Shown piece by piece: positions 8,926 through 18,756 of a DNA stretch of 64,000 bases. The position numbers were made by a program, and so were the translations under genes. The stretch's first letter is position 1, and every line of letters starts with the position of its first letter. The DNA comes from Acidobacteriota bacterium (lineage in GTDB: Bacteria > Acidobacteriota > UBA890 > WLXD01), in NCBI GenBank assembly GCA_965248695.1, contig CBDFKD010000002.1:5472001-5536000 (forward strand), given 5' to 3'. The notes below the pieces were generated by a model. That model was given only the letters and a program-made list of their open reading frames with translations, did no database searches and was not told the origin of the DNA.

Positions 8926-9014
8926 TAATCAAGGGTCGACGCCGGACTCGCCGCGTCGTGCTGCTCGGCGGCCGGACCTGACACCCGCGGGACACCACAC
9001 GCGGGAGAAACTGA

Positions 9015-9090
9015 TGGAGCGGGAAACGGGATTCGAACCCGCGACCTCAACGTTGGCAACGTTGCGCTCTACCAGCTGAGCTATTCCCGC
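9015..9090 (-). tRNA. tRNA-Gly(GCC)
   Basis: GCGGGAATAGCTCAGCTGGTAGAGC..., anticodon arm CAACG-TTGCCAA-CGTTG, GGTTCGAATCC, encoded CCA; 76 nt. Confidence 0.97.
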
Positions 9091-9192
9091 TCCGGAATGC
9101 AAAGGATATCGGCGGGGTGAGACGCAGGCAAGAACCCCACAATTGGCCAAGCACGACTATCGCACCTGCCGGCTTTGCCGCATCGACAAGGC

Positions 9193-9570
9193 TCAGAGTC
9201 TGAAGGCGTCGCGTACCCATTCGGTTCGAAGTCTGCCTCGACCATCGGTCAGCAGGGCCACTACGTCGAAGCGAATCGACCGGTAGCCGTGCCCGTACTG
9301 TCGCAAGAACGCCGCCGCGGCACGCGCCAGACGAAGCTGCTTGCGAGCGTCGACGGCCTCCAATGGGGTGCCGAAACGGTCAGATCGTCTCGCCTTGACC
9401 TCGACGAACACAAGCGCGCCATCAGCGTCGACTGCGACAAGGTCAATCTCACCGCCCGCCCGGCGGTAGCGCCGCTCGATCACCTCCATTCCGGCCTGTT
9501 TCAGGCACTGCTCGGCATGGCGCTCGGCGGCGCGTCCGAACCGGGCGCGCCAGGCGTTGTGCTGTCCCAT
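9193..9570 (-). CDS. yraN: YraN family (UPF0102) endonuclease-like protein
   Basis: GxxAE...GEIDLV...LVFVEVKAR...RFDVV motifs. Confidence 0.9.
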   Translation of the reverse strand: MGQHNAWRARFGRAAERHAEQCLKQAGMEVIERRYRRAGGEIDLVAVDADGALVFVEVKARRSDRFGTPLEAVDARKQLRLARAAAAFLRQYGHGYRSIRFDVVALLTDGRGRLRTEWVRDAFRL

Positions 9571-9586
9571 GTGAAACAGGAGACGG

Positions 9587-11062
9587 TCAGCGGCTTGCGC
9601 GGCTCCCGGGCAGGCGCCGCCAGCGCACTCCGTCGGGAGTGTCCTCGATCTCGACACCGCGTGCCCGGAGGCGATCCCGCAAAGCGTCCGAGGCCTCGAA
9701 ATCCCGCCCCAGACGGGCCTCGGCGCGCGCCACGATCATGGCCTCGATCTCCGGCCCGACGCTGGGCCCGGAGGCGCGGATGCTCGTACCCTCGTACTCG
9801 ATGTCGAGCTCGCGGCGTTCCTCGCGCTGCAGGATTCCCCAGAGTGCATCGATGTCGGTGAGCCACTCCACTACTCCCTGGAGCGTCTGCCGGTCCGCCT
9901 CCTGGCGATCTAGCGCAGTGTTCACGTCGCGTACCAGGCTGAACACGTGACCCAGCGCACCGGCGCTGTTGAGGTCGTCATCCAGAGCCAGCCCGAAATT
10001 CTCTCGGGCGCGCTCGAGAGCTGCTCGTAGCAATGCGGTGCGCTCCGGATCGTCATCCGGCAAGCGCGGCGATCGCTCCTCGATCCGCGCCAGCAGCTCG
10101 TGCAGGCGGGCGATCGATGCCGACGCCTGTTCAATGGCCTCGAAGGTGAAATTCAACGGCCGCCGATAATGCACCGACGCGAGCAGGTATCGGATCGCCG
10201 TCGGATCGTGCCCTTCCTCGAGCAACTGCGCCAGGGTGTAGAAGTTCCCCAACGACTTGGACATCTTCGTCCCATCAACCACCAGATGGCTGCAGTGCAT
10301 CCAGTGGCGGACGAACTGCACTCCGGTGGCAGCCTCACTCTGGGCTATCTCGTTTTCGTGATGCGGAAAGATCAGGTCGGCACCCCCCAGATGGACATCG
10401 AAGCTCTCACCCAGGTACTTCATGCTCATCGCCGAGCACTCCAGGTGCCACCCTGGCCGACCGTTCCCGAACGGTGACTCCCACGACGGTTCGCCACCGG
10501 TAGCGGCCTTCCACAGCGTGAAGTCTCGCGGGTCCTCCTTCGCCAACCGATCTGTCTCGACGCGTTCGGTCGACTTCATTGCTTCCGGATCGAGGCGAGC
10601 CAGTTGACCGTAGCGGTCGAACGAGGCCACCCGGAAAAAGACGTTGCCCTCAGCAATGTAGGCATGATCGTTGGCAAGCAACTTCGAGATCAGGTCGATC
10701 ATGTCGTCGACGTGGTCGGTCGCCCGCGGGTAGCACGCAGCCGGTCGTACTCCGAGAGCGGTGAGACCACCAAGGAACTCGTCGACGAACGGGTCGGTGT
10801 ACTCGCGCAACGTGACACCCGCCTGCAGCGCGCCCGCGATCGTTCGGTCGTCTACGTCGGTGATGTTCATCACCAGATTCACCTCGTAGCCGCGCCAAAC
10901 GAGGTACCGGTGCACCAGGTCGACCCAGACGAAGAACCGGTAGTTGCCGATGTGCGGCACGTCGTACACGGTCGGACCACACGAGTAGACGCCGACCCGC
11001 GGCGCTGAAGCGGGCGCGAAGGGTTCCTTACGGCGGGTCGCGGTGTTGTAGAAGCGCGGCAT
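9587..11062 (-). CDS. cysS: Cysteine--tRNA ligase
   Basis: CGPTVY, HIGN, GRPGWHLECSAM, FPHHENE, KMSKS. Confidence 0.98.
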   Translation of the reverse strand: MPRFYNTATRRKEPFAPASAPRVGVYSCGPTVYDVPHIGNYRFFVWVDLVHRYLVWRGYEVNLVMNITDVDDRTIAGALQAGVTLREYTDPFVDEFLGGLTALGVRPAACYPRATDHVDDMIDLISKLLANDHAYIAEGNVFFRVASFDRYGQLARLDPEAMKSTERVETDRLAKEDPRDFTLWKAATGGEPSWESPFGNGRPGWHLECSAMSMKYLGESFDVHLGGADLIFPHHENEIAQSEAATGVQFVRHWMHCSHLVVDGTKMSKSLGNFYTLAQLLEEGHDPTAIRYLLASVHYRRPLNFTFEAIEQASASIARLHELLARIEERSPRLPDDDPERTALLRAALERARENFGLALDDDLNSAGALGHVFSLVRDVNTALDRQEADRQTLQGVVEWLTDIDALWGILQREERRELDIEYEGTSIRASGPSVGPEIEAMIVARAEARLGRDFEASDALRDRLRARGVEIEDTPDGVRWRRLPGSRASR

Positions 11063-11086
11063 TAGTGGCCTGATGCTGGCAAAGCC

Positions 11087-11455
11087 CTAGCAGGCCGTGG
11101 TGGAAGTGTGGCGGGCCTGGTTGCGACGAGTTGGGGCCAGATGCAAGGCGGCCTGACGCACACGATGCCCTAGCAGGCCGTGGTGGAAGTGTGGCGGGCC
11201 TGGTTGCGACGAGTTGGCGCCAGATGCAAGGCGACCTGACGCAGACGATGCACTAGCAGGCCATGGTGGAGGAGGGCCAACGCCGCAGATGGCCCCAAAT
11301 CGCCGCAACCCTTCGGGCGACTGGGGGTTGCGCGCGGATGCTGCTGCGTCGTTTGTCGTCAACGATGGGGTGACCATCGCCTCCTCCTCTCTCCTGGCCT
11401 GCGCCTCGCAAAACCCTGTCGCCAGACCCACCACACTTTCACCACGGCCTGCTAG
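11087..11455. mobile_element. MITE-like palindromic element, family A copy 1 (with an 83-bp internal tandem duplication)
   Basis: CTAG ends; imperfect TIR of about 34 bp CTAGCAGGCCGTGGTG(G/A)AAGTGTGG; near-identical to 37116-37395. Confidence 0.85.
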
Positions 11456-11763
11456 ACGCGGCACGAGACGGTATGTAGATCGGCGCCATCGGTGTCCATA
11501 CCGATCACCACGTCGATGCCATCAGCGACGACCACCAGGCGCGCTCGAATGGCGTCCCCCGCCGTGTCTCCGATGTCGGAGAGCGCCTGTCGCACGTCAA
11601 CCTCTAGCTGATCGCCATCGCAATCGGCGCCGCCGGCCGCAGTCAGGAACGCCCGGGTGGCACTCACCACCAGGCGGAGCATCTCCGAGGGTGTACCCGT
11701 CAGGGTGACCTCCTCGCCAACAAGCTCTTCGTTCATGATTGCAGCGATCGCCTCGTCGCTCAT
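11452..11763 (-). CDS. Hypothetical protein (103 aa)
   Basis: Co-oriented between ribF and cysS, with normal GC-rich codon use and an acidic globular composition. Confidence 0.6.
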   Translation of the reverse strand: MSDEAIAAIMNEELVGEEVTLTGTPSEMLRLVVSATRAFLTAAGGADCDGDQLEVDVRQALSDIGDTAGDAIRARLVVVADGIDVVIGMDTDGADLHTVSCRV

Positions 11764-11857
11764 GGCCGTACTGGAAGCTCGCGAAGGGCGCCAGTATAGC
11801 TCAGGCCATCCTCCGGACCGGGTCGGTCTGACCGACCGACCGCCGCATCAGATCCGC

Positions 11858-12793
11858 TCACGGCGCGGGTCGCGTCTCGAAGTAGCGTCGAGTCTCGTGG
11901 ACATCCTGCTGGATCTGCGCCGCCAGAGCCGAACCGTCGGGGAAGGCCCGTTCTTGCCGCAGCATCCGCAACAGAGCCAGTTCGATGTCGCGTCCGTACA
12001 GCGGTTCGTCGAAATCCAGCAGGTGAGCTTCGGCGACGAGCTCCCCGGCCGCCTCGAAGGTGGGCCGAATACCGATGTTGGCGACCGCTTGGTGGACCTC
12101 GCCGTCCATTGTGACCTCGGCGACATAGACGCCCCGACGCGGCGTACAAGCGTGGCCGATTCCCAGGTTCGCGGTCGGCGCCTCCAGCAGTCGGCCTCGC
12201 CCTCTACCGGCGACGACCACTCCGGCCAAAGCGTAGGGTCGCCCGAGCAAGCTGGCGGCCGTCTCGATCTCGCCGCCGCCAATGAGCCGCCGGATGCGCG
12301 TCGACGACACCGGCTCGCCATCGACGAGCACGGGCGGGACGCGCTCGACGTGGAAGCCTGCGTCGGCGGCGCGCTCCTCCAGGTAGGACGCCCTGCCGGC
12401 ACGCTCGCGTCCGAACGAGAATCCCTCGCTGACGTGCAAGGAGCCGACATCGAGCTCGGCGATCAGGAACTCGTCGACGAATCGTCTCCGACCCACAGCG
12501 GCGATCTCGCGATCGAACGGAATCACCACCGCCATATCAATGCCGACGGTCTCGATGGCCGCAATGCGCTGGCCGGTCGTTTGCAGCTGCGGGGGCGGCT
12601 CCGGTGCCAGAACGGCAAGCGTATGGGGATCGAAGGTGCATACCACCGCCGGCACCCCGCGCTGCCGCGCCGCCTCGAGCGTCCGGCGCATGACCTCCTG
12701 ATGCCCCAGGTGGACTCCATCGAAGTTGCCGATGGTGACCGCCGGCCGCGCCAGACCGAGATCCAGCTGCCGGAATCCGCGTACTACTCGCAT
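11858..12793 (-). CDS. ribF: Bifunctional riboflavin kinase/FAD synthetase
   Basis: TIGNFDGVHLGHQ, VSSTRIR, GRGR..PTAN, NIGIRPTF, EAHLLDF. Confidence 0.97.
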   Translation of the reverse strand: MRVVRGFRQLDLGLARPAVTIGNFDGVHLGHQEVMRRTLEAARQRGVPAVVCTFDPHTLAVLAPEPPPQLQTTGQRIAAIETVGIDMAVVIPFDREIAAVGRRRFVDEFLIAELDVGSLHVSEGFSFGRERAGRASYLEERAADAGFHVERVPPVLVDGEPVSSTRIRRLIGGGEIETAASLLGRPYALAGVVVAGRGRGRLLEAPTANLGIGHACTPRRGVYVAEVTMDGEVHQAVANIGIRPTFEAAGELVAEAHLLDFDEPLYGRDIELALLRMLRQERAFPDGSALAAQIQQDVHETRRYFETRPAP

Positions 12794-13590
12794 CGGGCGC
12801 GCTCGGGAAGCACCAGCTGGAGCATGAGCTCGTCGTGGGCGACCGCGACCCCGTGTGGAAGGGCCGCATCGGTCGCCGCGTGCTCCAGGTCATGACTCAG
12901 ATGCGTCAGATAGGCCTGTTTGGGTTGCAACCGCGCTACCTGCTCGAGTGCCTGATCGAGCGTAAAGTGCGATCGGTGCGGCTTGCGGCGTAGCGCATCG
13001 ATAACCAGCACATCGAGTCCTCGAAGCCTCGCAGCGGCCTCGCTGGGGATGTCGTTGCAGTCCGTCGCATAGGCGAAGTCCCCGATGCGGAAGGCGCGTA
13101 CGGCGCCTCCACCGTGCGGCAGCTCGATCACCTCGATCTTCAGCCCCGACAGCTCGAAACGGTCACCGATCTCCACCGGGGTCAAGCGCGGCACCGCGAT
13201 GGCGTCGGGCTCGAAGGCGTAGGCGAACATTCGCCGGACCGAGGCGAGCGTGTCCGGGTCGCCATAGAGCGGGATCGGGCGTCGGTACACGAAATTGAAG
13301 ATCCTCAGCTCATCGAGTCCGAGGACGTGGTCGGCGTGGCCGTGGGTGTAGAACACCGCGTCGACCCGGTCGATCCCTGCCCGCAAGGCTTGCTGACGCA
13401 GGTCCGTCGCGGTATCCACAAGGACCTTGACGTCCTTGCCATCGGGCGCCGTCCACTCCAGCAGCAGGCTGGCCCGTAGCCGTCGGTTGCGAGCGTCCGA
13501 AGATGTGCAAACATCACACTGGCACGTGATGACCGGGATACCCACTGAGGTACCGGTACCGAGGAAGGTCACACGGAGTCCGTCAGACAT
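12784..13590 (-). CDS. MBL-fold metallo-hydrolase (PhnP-like phosphodiesterase)
   Basis: FLGTGTSVGIP, CxCxxC, THGHADH, YATD, HLSH. Confidence 0.9.
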   Translation of the reverse strand: MSDGLRVTFLGTGTSVGIPVITCQCDVCTSSDARNRRLRASLLLEWTAPDGKDVKVLVDTATDLRQQALRAGIDRVDAVFYTHGHADHVLGLDELRIFNFVYRRPIPLYGDPDTLASVRRMFAYAFEPDAIAVPRLTPVEIGDRFELSGLKIEVIELPHGGGAVRAFRIGDFAYATDCNDIPSEAAARLRGLDVLVIDALRRKPHRSHFTLDQALEQVARLQPKQAYLTHLSHDLEHAATDAALPHGVAVAHDELMLQLVLPERARCE

Positions 13591-13707
13591 GATCAGGTAG
13601 AAGGTCGCGCGGAGGTTGCCGGTCGAGGACGTCGGCAGAGCGGGGGCTGCGAACGGCGGCCGATACTACCATGGCGGTGGTCGCGAAACTCCGGGCTCGA
13701 GGGGCGG

Positions 13708-13974
13708 ATGGAAGAGTTGCTGTTGTTACTTTACAGCCGTCCCGGGTGCCATCTTTGCGACGCTGCCAAGGACTCGCTAGCCCCCTTCGTAGAGCGCTAC
13801 GGTCTCCGCGTCGAGGAGCGCAACGTCGAGCTGAATCCGGGATGGGAGCGCAAATACGGCACCCAGATACCCGTCGGAGTGCTCGGCGGGCGCAAAGTGT
13901 TCAAGTACCACCTCGATTCCGGCCGCCTCGAGCGCTCCATTCAGGCGCTGCTACAAGTTCCGCCAGAGGCCTGA
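13708..13974 (+). CDS. Glutaredoxin-like protein (DUF836)
   Basis: YSRPGCHLCD and a cis-Pro IPV motif. Confidence 0.85.
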   Translation: MEELLLLLYSRPGCHLCDAAKDSLAPFVERYGLRVEERNVELNPGWERKYGTQIPVGVLGGRKVFKYHLDSGRLERSIQALLQVPPEA

Positions 13975-14059
13975 GGCGGGCGGCTCCGGCAGATCAGCGA
14001 AACCGTGGCTGTGCTAACCTCTCTTCGTCTTTCGAGCCGCATTGTACGGAGCAACCCCG

Positions 14060-14509
14060 ATGGGAATTCGGCGCAAACAGGTAGTGATCGCGGCGATCGT
14101 CATGACCCTGGCGCTCGGCTATCTCTTGTTCACCGGCATGCGCGACACTATGGTCTTCTACTACACCGTAAGTGAGGTTACCTCGCAGGGTGGGACGCTC
14201 AGCAACGTGCCACTCCGCGTAGCAGGCAAGGTGGTCGCCGGCACGATCGAGATATCGGCAGCGAATCATCTCGACCGCCGGTTCGTGATTCACGAGGGCG
14301 GCTCCGAGATTCCGGTCGTGTATCACGGCATCACGCCGGACACGCTGGTTGACGGCGCCGACGCGGTGGTGGAAGGCAAGCTGGGTACCGACGGCATATT
14401 CAACGCTACCTTCGTGATGGCGAAATGTCCGTCCAAGTACGAGGCTGAGACCGACCTCTCGAAGTACCGCGAGGCAGGCGTGGCGGCCCGCACCGAGACC
14501 TCTCCCTGA
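14060..14509 (+). CDS. ccmE: Cytochrome c maturation heme chaperone CcmE (CxxxY variant)
   Basis: N-terminal TM, LRVAGKV, VVEGK, AKCPSKY. Confidence 0.93.
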   Translation: MGIRRKQVVIAAIVMTLALGYLLFTGMRDTMVFYYTVSEVTSQGGTLSNVPLRVAGKVVAGTIEISAANHLDRRFVIHEGGSEIPVVYHGITPDTLVDGADAVVEGKLGTDGIFNATFVMAKCPSKYEAETDLSKYREAGVAARTETSP

Positions 14510-14534
14510 TCCTGGACAGCGGAGCGTCCCGCCG

Positions 14535-16496
14535 TTGATCGCTCTAGGCCACAGCGCCCTGATCGCCGCTTTCGCCACTGCTGCTTACACGATCGCCGTG
14601 GCATTGCTTGGCGCCCGACGACGGCAGCCCGCCCTCATCGGCAGCGCCCGAAACGGTGTCTATGTGACCTCGGGATTGGTCTTCGTAGCCGCCGGGTCGC
14701 TACTCTGGCTACTGGCCAACGATCGCTTCGTCGTGCGCTATGTGGCCGAGAACTCCCGCATCGCCCAGCCGCTCATATACAAGATATCGGCGCTCTGGGG
14801 CGGCATGGCCGGATCGTTGCTGTTGTGGACGGTAGTGCTGTGTGCGTACTCGACCCTCGCCGTGTGGACCAATCGTCGCCGTCACCCGGAGCTCATGCCG
14901 TACGTCTACGCCGTGTGCATGACGACCGCCATGTTCTTCATCGCGCTGCAGCTGTTCGCCGCCGATCCGTTCGAGACACTGCCGTTCACGCCGCTCGACG
15001 GCAGGGGGTTGAACCCGCTCCTGCAAAACCCTGCCATGGCCATCCACCCTCCAAATCTTTATATGGGGTTCGTGGGGTTCACGATTCCGTTCGCCTTCGC
15101 GATCGGCGCGCTAGCAAGCGGACGGCTCGACACCTCGTGGCTGCACGCCATTCGGCGCTGGACCATCGTCGCCTGGTTCTTCCTATCGATCGGCATCACG
15201 CTGGGGGCGCAGTGGGCCTATGTGGAGCTCGGCTGGGGAGGGTACTGGGGCTGGGATCCGGTGGAGAACGCATCCCTGATGCCATGGCTGGTGGCCACCG
15301 CGTACCTGCACTCGGTAATGATCGAGGAAAAGAAGCAGATGCTGCGGGTGTGGAACATGTTGATGGTCATCGCGACGTTCGCGTTGTGCATCTTCGGTAC
15401 GTTCCTGACCCGCTCCGGGATCGTCTCTTCAGTACACGCCTTCACCACCTCGAACCTCGGGCCCCTCTTCGCGATCTTCCTGGCGGCCATTCTCGCGGTC
15501 AGCTTGGGCCTCGTCGCCTGGCGACTGCCTGATCTAAGGAGCGCCAACCAGCTCGAATCGGTGCTCTCGCGCGAATCATCGTTCCTGTTCAACAACCTGG
15601 TACTGGTGGTGTCCTGTTTCGCCGTGCTGTGGGGGACCATGTTCCCGGTTATCAGCGAGGCTGTGAACGGCGTCAAGATCACCGTCGGGCCACCGTTCTT
15701 CAATCGCGTCAATGTGCCCATCTTCCTGATGCTCCTGGCACTCACCGGCGTCGGGCCACTGATCGCATGGCGCCGCGCATCGTGGCCCAGCCTGCGGCGG
15801 GCGTTCGTGTGGCCAAGTATTTCTGGCGTGGCGGCGATGATCGTGATGCTGGCGCTGGGGCTCGGAGGCCCTTACACGCTCATCTGCATCGGGCTGTCGG
15901 CGTTTGTCGTCGGCACCGTCGTGCAGGAGTTCTGGCGCGGCACGCGGGCGCGGTCGGCCGCCAACGATGAGACCTGGCACCAGGCCCTGGTCGGACTGAC
16001 CCTGCGTAACAAACGACGCTACGGCGGCTACATCATCCATGTGGGCATCGTCCTGATGGCCATCGGGATCACCGGCTCGAGCGTTTTCCAACGCGAGGTT
16101 GAGGCCACCCTGCGACCGGGCGAGACGGTCGACATCGGCGCCTATCGCCTCCAATACGAAAAGCTCGACCATTTCCAGTCCAGCGGCGTCGAGGTGAGCT
16201 CCGCATCGGTGATTGCTTTTGACGGCGGCACGCCCCGGTTCCGTCTGGTGCCGCAACGGCACTTCCATCCGGCGCAGGAGAATCCGACCACTGAAGTGGC
16301 GATCTGGAGCAGCCTCAGGCACGACCTGTACATCGTGCTCGCTGGCTGGGACGCGCAGCAAACCGCAACGTTCAAGGCCTACTTGAACCCGCTCGTCAAG
16401 TGGATCTGGATCGGCCTCGCAGTGCTCGCGCTGGGCAGCATCCTGGCAATGTTCCCCGACCGCAGCCACAGCCAGGTCGGCATCGCGAACTACTGA
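14535..16496 (+). CDS. ccmF: Heme lyase CcmF
   Basis: GLNPLLQ, IHPP, WAYVELGWGGYWGWDPVENAS, TRSG..SVHAF. Confidence 0.97.
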   Translation: MIALGHSALIAAFATAAYTIAVALLGARRRQPALIGSARNGVYVTSGLVFVAAGSLLWLLANDRFVVRYVAENSRIAQPLIYKISALWGGMAGSLLLWTVVLCAYSTLAVWTNRRRHPELMPYVYAVCMTTAMFFIALQLFAADPFETLPFTPLDGRGLNPLLQNPAMAIHPPNLYMGFVGFTIPFAFAIGALASGRLDTSWLHAIRRWTIVAWFFLSIGITLGAQWAYVELGWGGYWGWDPVENASLMPWLVATAYLHSVMIEEKKQMLRVWNMLMVIATFALCIFGTFLTRSGIVSSVHAFTTSNLGPLFAIFLAAILAVSLGLVAWRLPDLRSANQLESVLSRESSFLFNNLVLVVSCFAVLWGTMFPVISEAVNGVKITVGPPFFNRVNVPIFLMLLALTGVGPLIAWRRASWPSLRRAFVWPSISGVAAMIVMLALGLGGPYTLICIGLSAFVVGTVVQEFWRGTRARSAANDETWHQALVGLTLRNKRRYGGYIIHVGIVLMAIGITGSSVFQREVEATLRPGETVDIGAYRLQYEKLDHFQSSGVEVSSASVIAFDGGTPRFRLVPQRHFHPAQENPTTEVAIWSSLRHDLYIVLAGWDAQQTATFKAYLNPLVKWIWIGLAVLALGSILAMFPDRSHSQVGIANY

Positions 16497-16510
16497 CGGA
16501 AGGTCGCAAC

Positions 16511-17059
16511 ATGCACAGCGGAAACAACCAGGCAGGGAGCGCAACGCTGATCGTCCTGACGGCGCTGGCGGCCGGCGCACTGGGGCTCGCCAGCGCCTGG
16601 TGGATGGCGCAGCCGGACCACCGCATCGACCCGTTCACGCGTCTGGCTGGCGAGATCGGCTGTCAGTGCGGTGATTGCAATCTCAGACCGATCGGAACTT
16701 GCGGGTGTGGCTTCGCCGACGGAATGCTCGCGGAGCTGCGCGAGCTCGTCGATACCGGTCAGTCTGACGAGCAGGTGATGACTACGCTCGTGGCGCGCTA
16801 CAACTCGACGATCCGCATCAAGCCCGACAGCTCGGGCTTTGGTCTGCTCGCCTGGGCCGTACCGATCCTGCTGCTGACGATGGGCGCTGTCGGCGTCGGC
16901 GCGGTGTTGTCGCACTGGGCTCGCAAGGACTTCGACGACGACGACCCGAGCAAGCCGCCCGTGGCCTCGCCTTCGACGCCCGCGACGACCATGCAAGACG
17001 ATAATGACGCGCGCCTACGCGCCATCGTCGAGCGCGAGCTGGACTCGCTCAGCGACTGA
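16511..17059 (+). CDS. ccmH: CcmH-like cytochrome c biogenesis protein
   Basis: Follows ccmF; Cys cluster CQCGDC; G.SDEQV...VARY; TM with LAWAVP. Confidence 0.8.
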   Translation: MHSGNNQAGSATLIVLTALAAGALGLASAWWMAQPDHRIDPFTRLAGEIGCQCGDCNLRPIGTCGCGFADGMLAELRELVDTGQSDEQVMTTLVARYNSTIRIKPDSSGFGLLAWAVPILLLTMGAVGVGAVLSHWARKDFDDDDPSKPPVASPSTPATTMQDDNDARLRAIVERELDSLSD

Positions 17060-17571
17060 TGGAGATCGTCATCCCCTTGGCGGTGGTGATCCTGGCCACG
17101 CTGGCCCTCGTGTATCCGCTTGTACGCCCTCCCCTGCTAGCGCTCGAGAACGGTGCCGGGCCGTGGTCGAAGCTGGCTGCCCTGGAGGACCGCAAGCAAG
17201 TAATCTATGGCGCGATTCGCGAGGCTAGCTTCGACTTCCGCACCGACAAGATCGGCGAGGATAACTACCGGCAGGAGGTCAAGCTACTCAAGCAGCAAGC
17301 CATCGAGATCGTGGCCGAGATAGAAGCGTTGCGAACGCAGGCACCGCGCGCCGCCACGTCACTCGAGCAGAGGATTTCGGCAGCTCGCGAGCAGTTGCTG
17401 CAGGATGACCCCCAGGCCATCGATGCCGGCGATGAAAACGAAGCAAACGTGCGCGCGGCGGCCACCGACGACGCCCCCGCTGTCGACCGATTCTGCAGCT
17501 CGTGCGGGCACGGTGCAGACCACGACGATCGTTTCTGCGCCGCCTGCGGTGCCCGACTGCAAGCCACCTGA
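17059..17571 (+). CDS. CcmI-N-like membrane-anchored protein with C-terminal zinc ribbon
   Basis: TM, IREASFD..TDKI...Y motif, FCSSCG...FCAACG. Confidence 0.75.
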   Translation: MEIVIPLAVVILATLALVYPLVRPPLLALENGAGPWSKLAALEDRKQVIYGAIREASFDFRTDKIGEDNYRQEVKLLKQQAIEIVAEIEALRTQAPRAATSLEQRISAAREQLLQDDPQAIDAGDENEANVRAAATDDAPAVDRFCSSCGHGADHDDRFCAACGARLQAT

Positions 17572-17573
17572 GC

Positions 17574-18749
17574 ATGGACGCGAAGGGGTTTGCGCCGTGG
17601 ATCCTTGCCGCCGGGCTGGCCACCGTGGGGGTCGTCAGCGCGACGCCGTCGCAGAACGACACGACGTCGGTGCGGGCGCGAGCCACGCTTCCCGACGGCA
17701 CCACCGTAGCGCCGCTGATGCAACTCGAAGTACACGATGGCACGGCAGTGGTGTTTTCGGCTCGCGCTGACGCCGACGATACCGGCTTCGTGCACTGGGA
17801 TTCCGTCCCCGCCGCGCCAGGCATGCACGCAACCGTCAGCGCGGTGTACGACGGGGTGAGGTATCAATCCGAGACAGCGGTGGTAAACGCCGGATCGGTT
17901 CTGCAGATCGAGCTACCGGTATTCCCGGTGTCCACCGAGGGAAACCCGCTGCACATCGACACCCTGCACGTGATTGTCCAGGCCGACGATCCCACGGTCT
18001 ACCGCGTGCTGCAGTTCATGACGGTCAGCAATGCGAGCAGCACGGCTTTTGCGGGAGGCCCGTCACTAGGCGACGGACGCCGCGCCGGCCTGGTGATTCC
18101 GCTGCCGGACCAGGCATCCGCCGTCAGCCCGGCCCCGTTCCCGACGCCAGAGGATGCGCTACCGCGCACCGATGCAGGCATCGAGCCGGGTCGCGTCCTG
18201 GACGCACGCCCGGTACCGCCGGCGGGGCGACAGGTCGCCGTCACCTACACGTTGACCGCGGACGCCACGAGTCTTCCGTTCCGTATCGAGCTGCCCTACC
18301 CGGTGCAGACCCTCAGCGTCATGTTGGGCGGCGACGCGGCCGCCGATCTCGAGCTCACGACATCGACGTTGCAGCAGAATGAGCCGCAGGACATCGGTGG
18401 CGAACTCTACGAGCTGTGGACCGCCGAGGCTCTACCGCCCGGAGCCGAATTGTCGTTCGAGCTCGGGGTTCGGGGCGTGCGGTTGCTGCCGACCCACTGG
18501 GCGCTGATCGGACTCGCGTCAGCCCTCGTGGTAGCGATCGTTGCGACGATCCACGGCGGCGGATCGATGCAGCATGTCCGACACCGCCAGTCACGGCTGA
18601 TTGATCGCATCGCCCGCCTCGACGTGCAATACGAGCGCGGCGAGATCGCCGACCTGGAGTACTTCCGGGCTCGCGGGCAGGAGCTCGAGAGTCTGCAGCT
18701 GGTGGCTCTGCAGGCAAAAGCGGCGCGAGCGACGCGCACCGCTTCCTGA
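17574..18749 (+). CDS. Exported, C-terminally anchored hypothetical protein in the ccm operon
   Basis: Signal peptide, beta-rich periplasmic domains, C-terminal TM, then LIDRIARLD.QYERGEI...Y...R (CcmI-N-like helix). Confidence 0.75.
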   Translation: MDAKGFAPWILAAGLATVGVVSATPSQNDTTSVRARATLPDGTTVAPLMQLEVHDGTAVVFSARADADDTGFVHWDSVPAAPGMHATVSAVYDGVRYQSETAVVNAGSVLQIELPVFPVSTEGNPLHIDTLHVIVQADDPTVYRVLQFMTVSNASSTAFAGGPSLGDGRRAGLVIPLPDQASAVSPAPFPTPEDALPRTDAGIEPGRVLDARPVPPAGRQVAVTYTLTADATSLPFRIELPYPVQTLSVMLGGDAAADLELTTSTLQQNEPQDIGGELYELWTAEALPPGAELSFELGVRGVRLLPTHWALIGLASALVVAIVATIHGGGSMQHVRHRQSRLIDRIARLDVQYERGEIADLEYFRARGQELESLQLVALQAKAARATRTAS

Positions 18750-18756
18750 CGCCATC

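Noticed and set aside
8330-9150. ORFs 8330-9079(+), 8793-8981(+) and 8929-9150(-)
   Set aside because: They translate through tRNA genes (e.g. MERETGFEPATSTLA is the classic antisense-tRNA artefact)
11087-11270. CRISPR-like array of 83-bp period
   Set aside because: The 'spacers' are near-identical copies, so this is a tandem duplication inside a dispersed element
11223-11300. Hammerhead ribozyme within element arms
   Set aside because: The CUGAnGA and GAAA core is not present in the required arrangement
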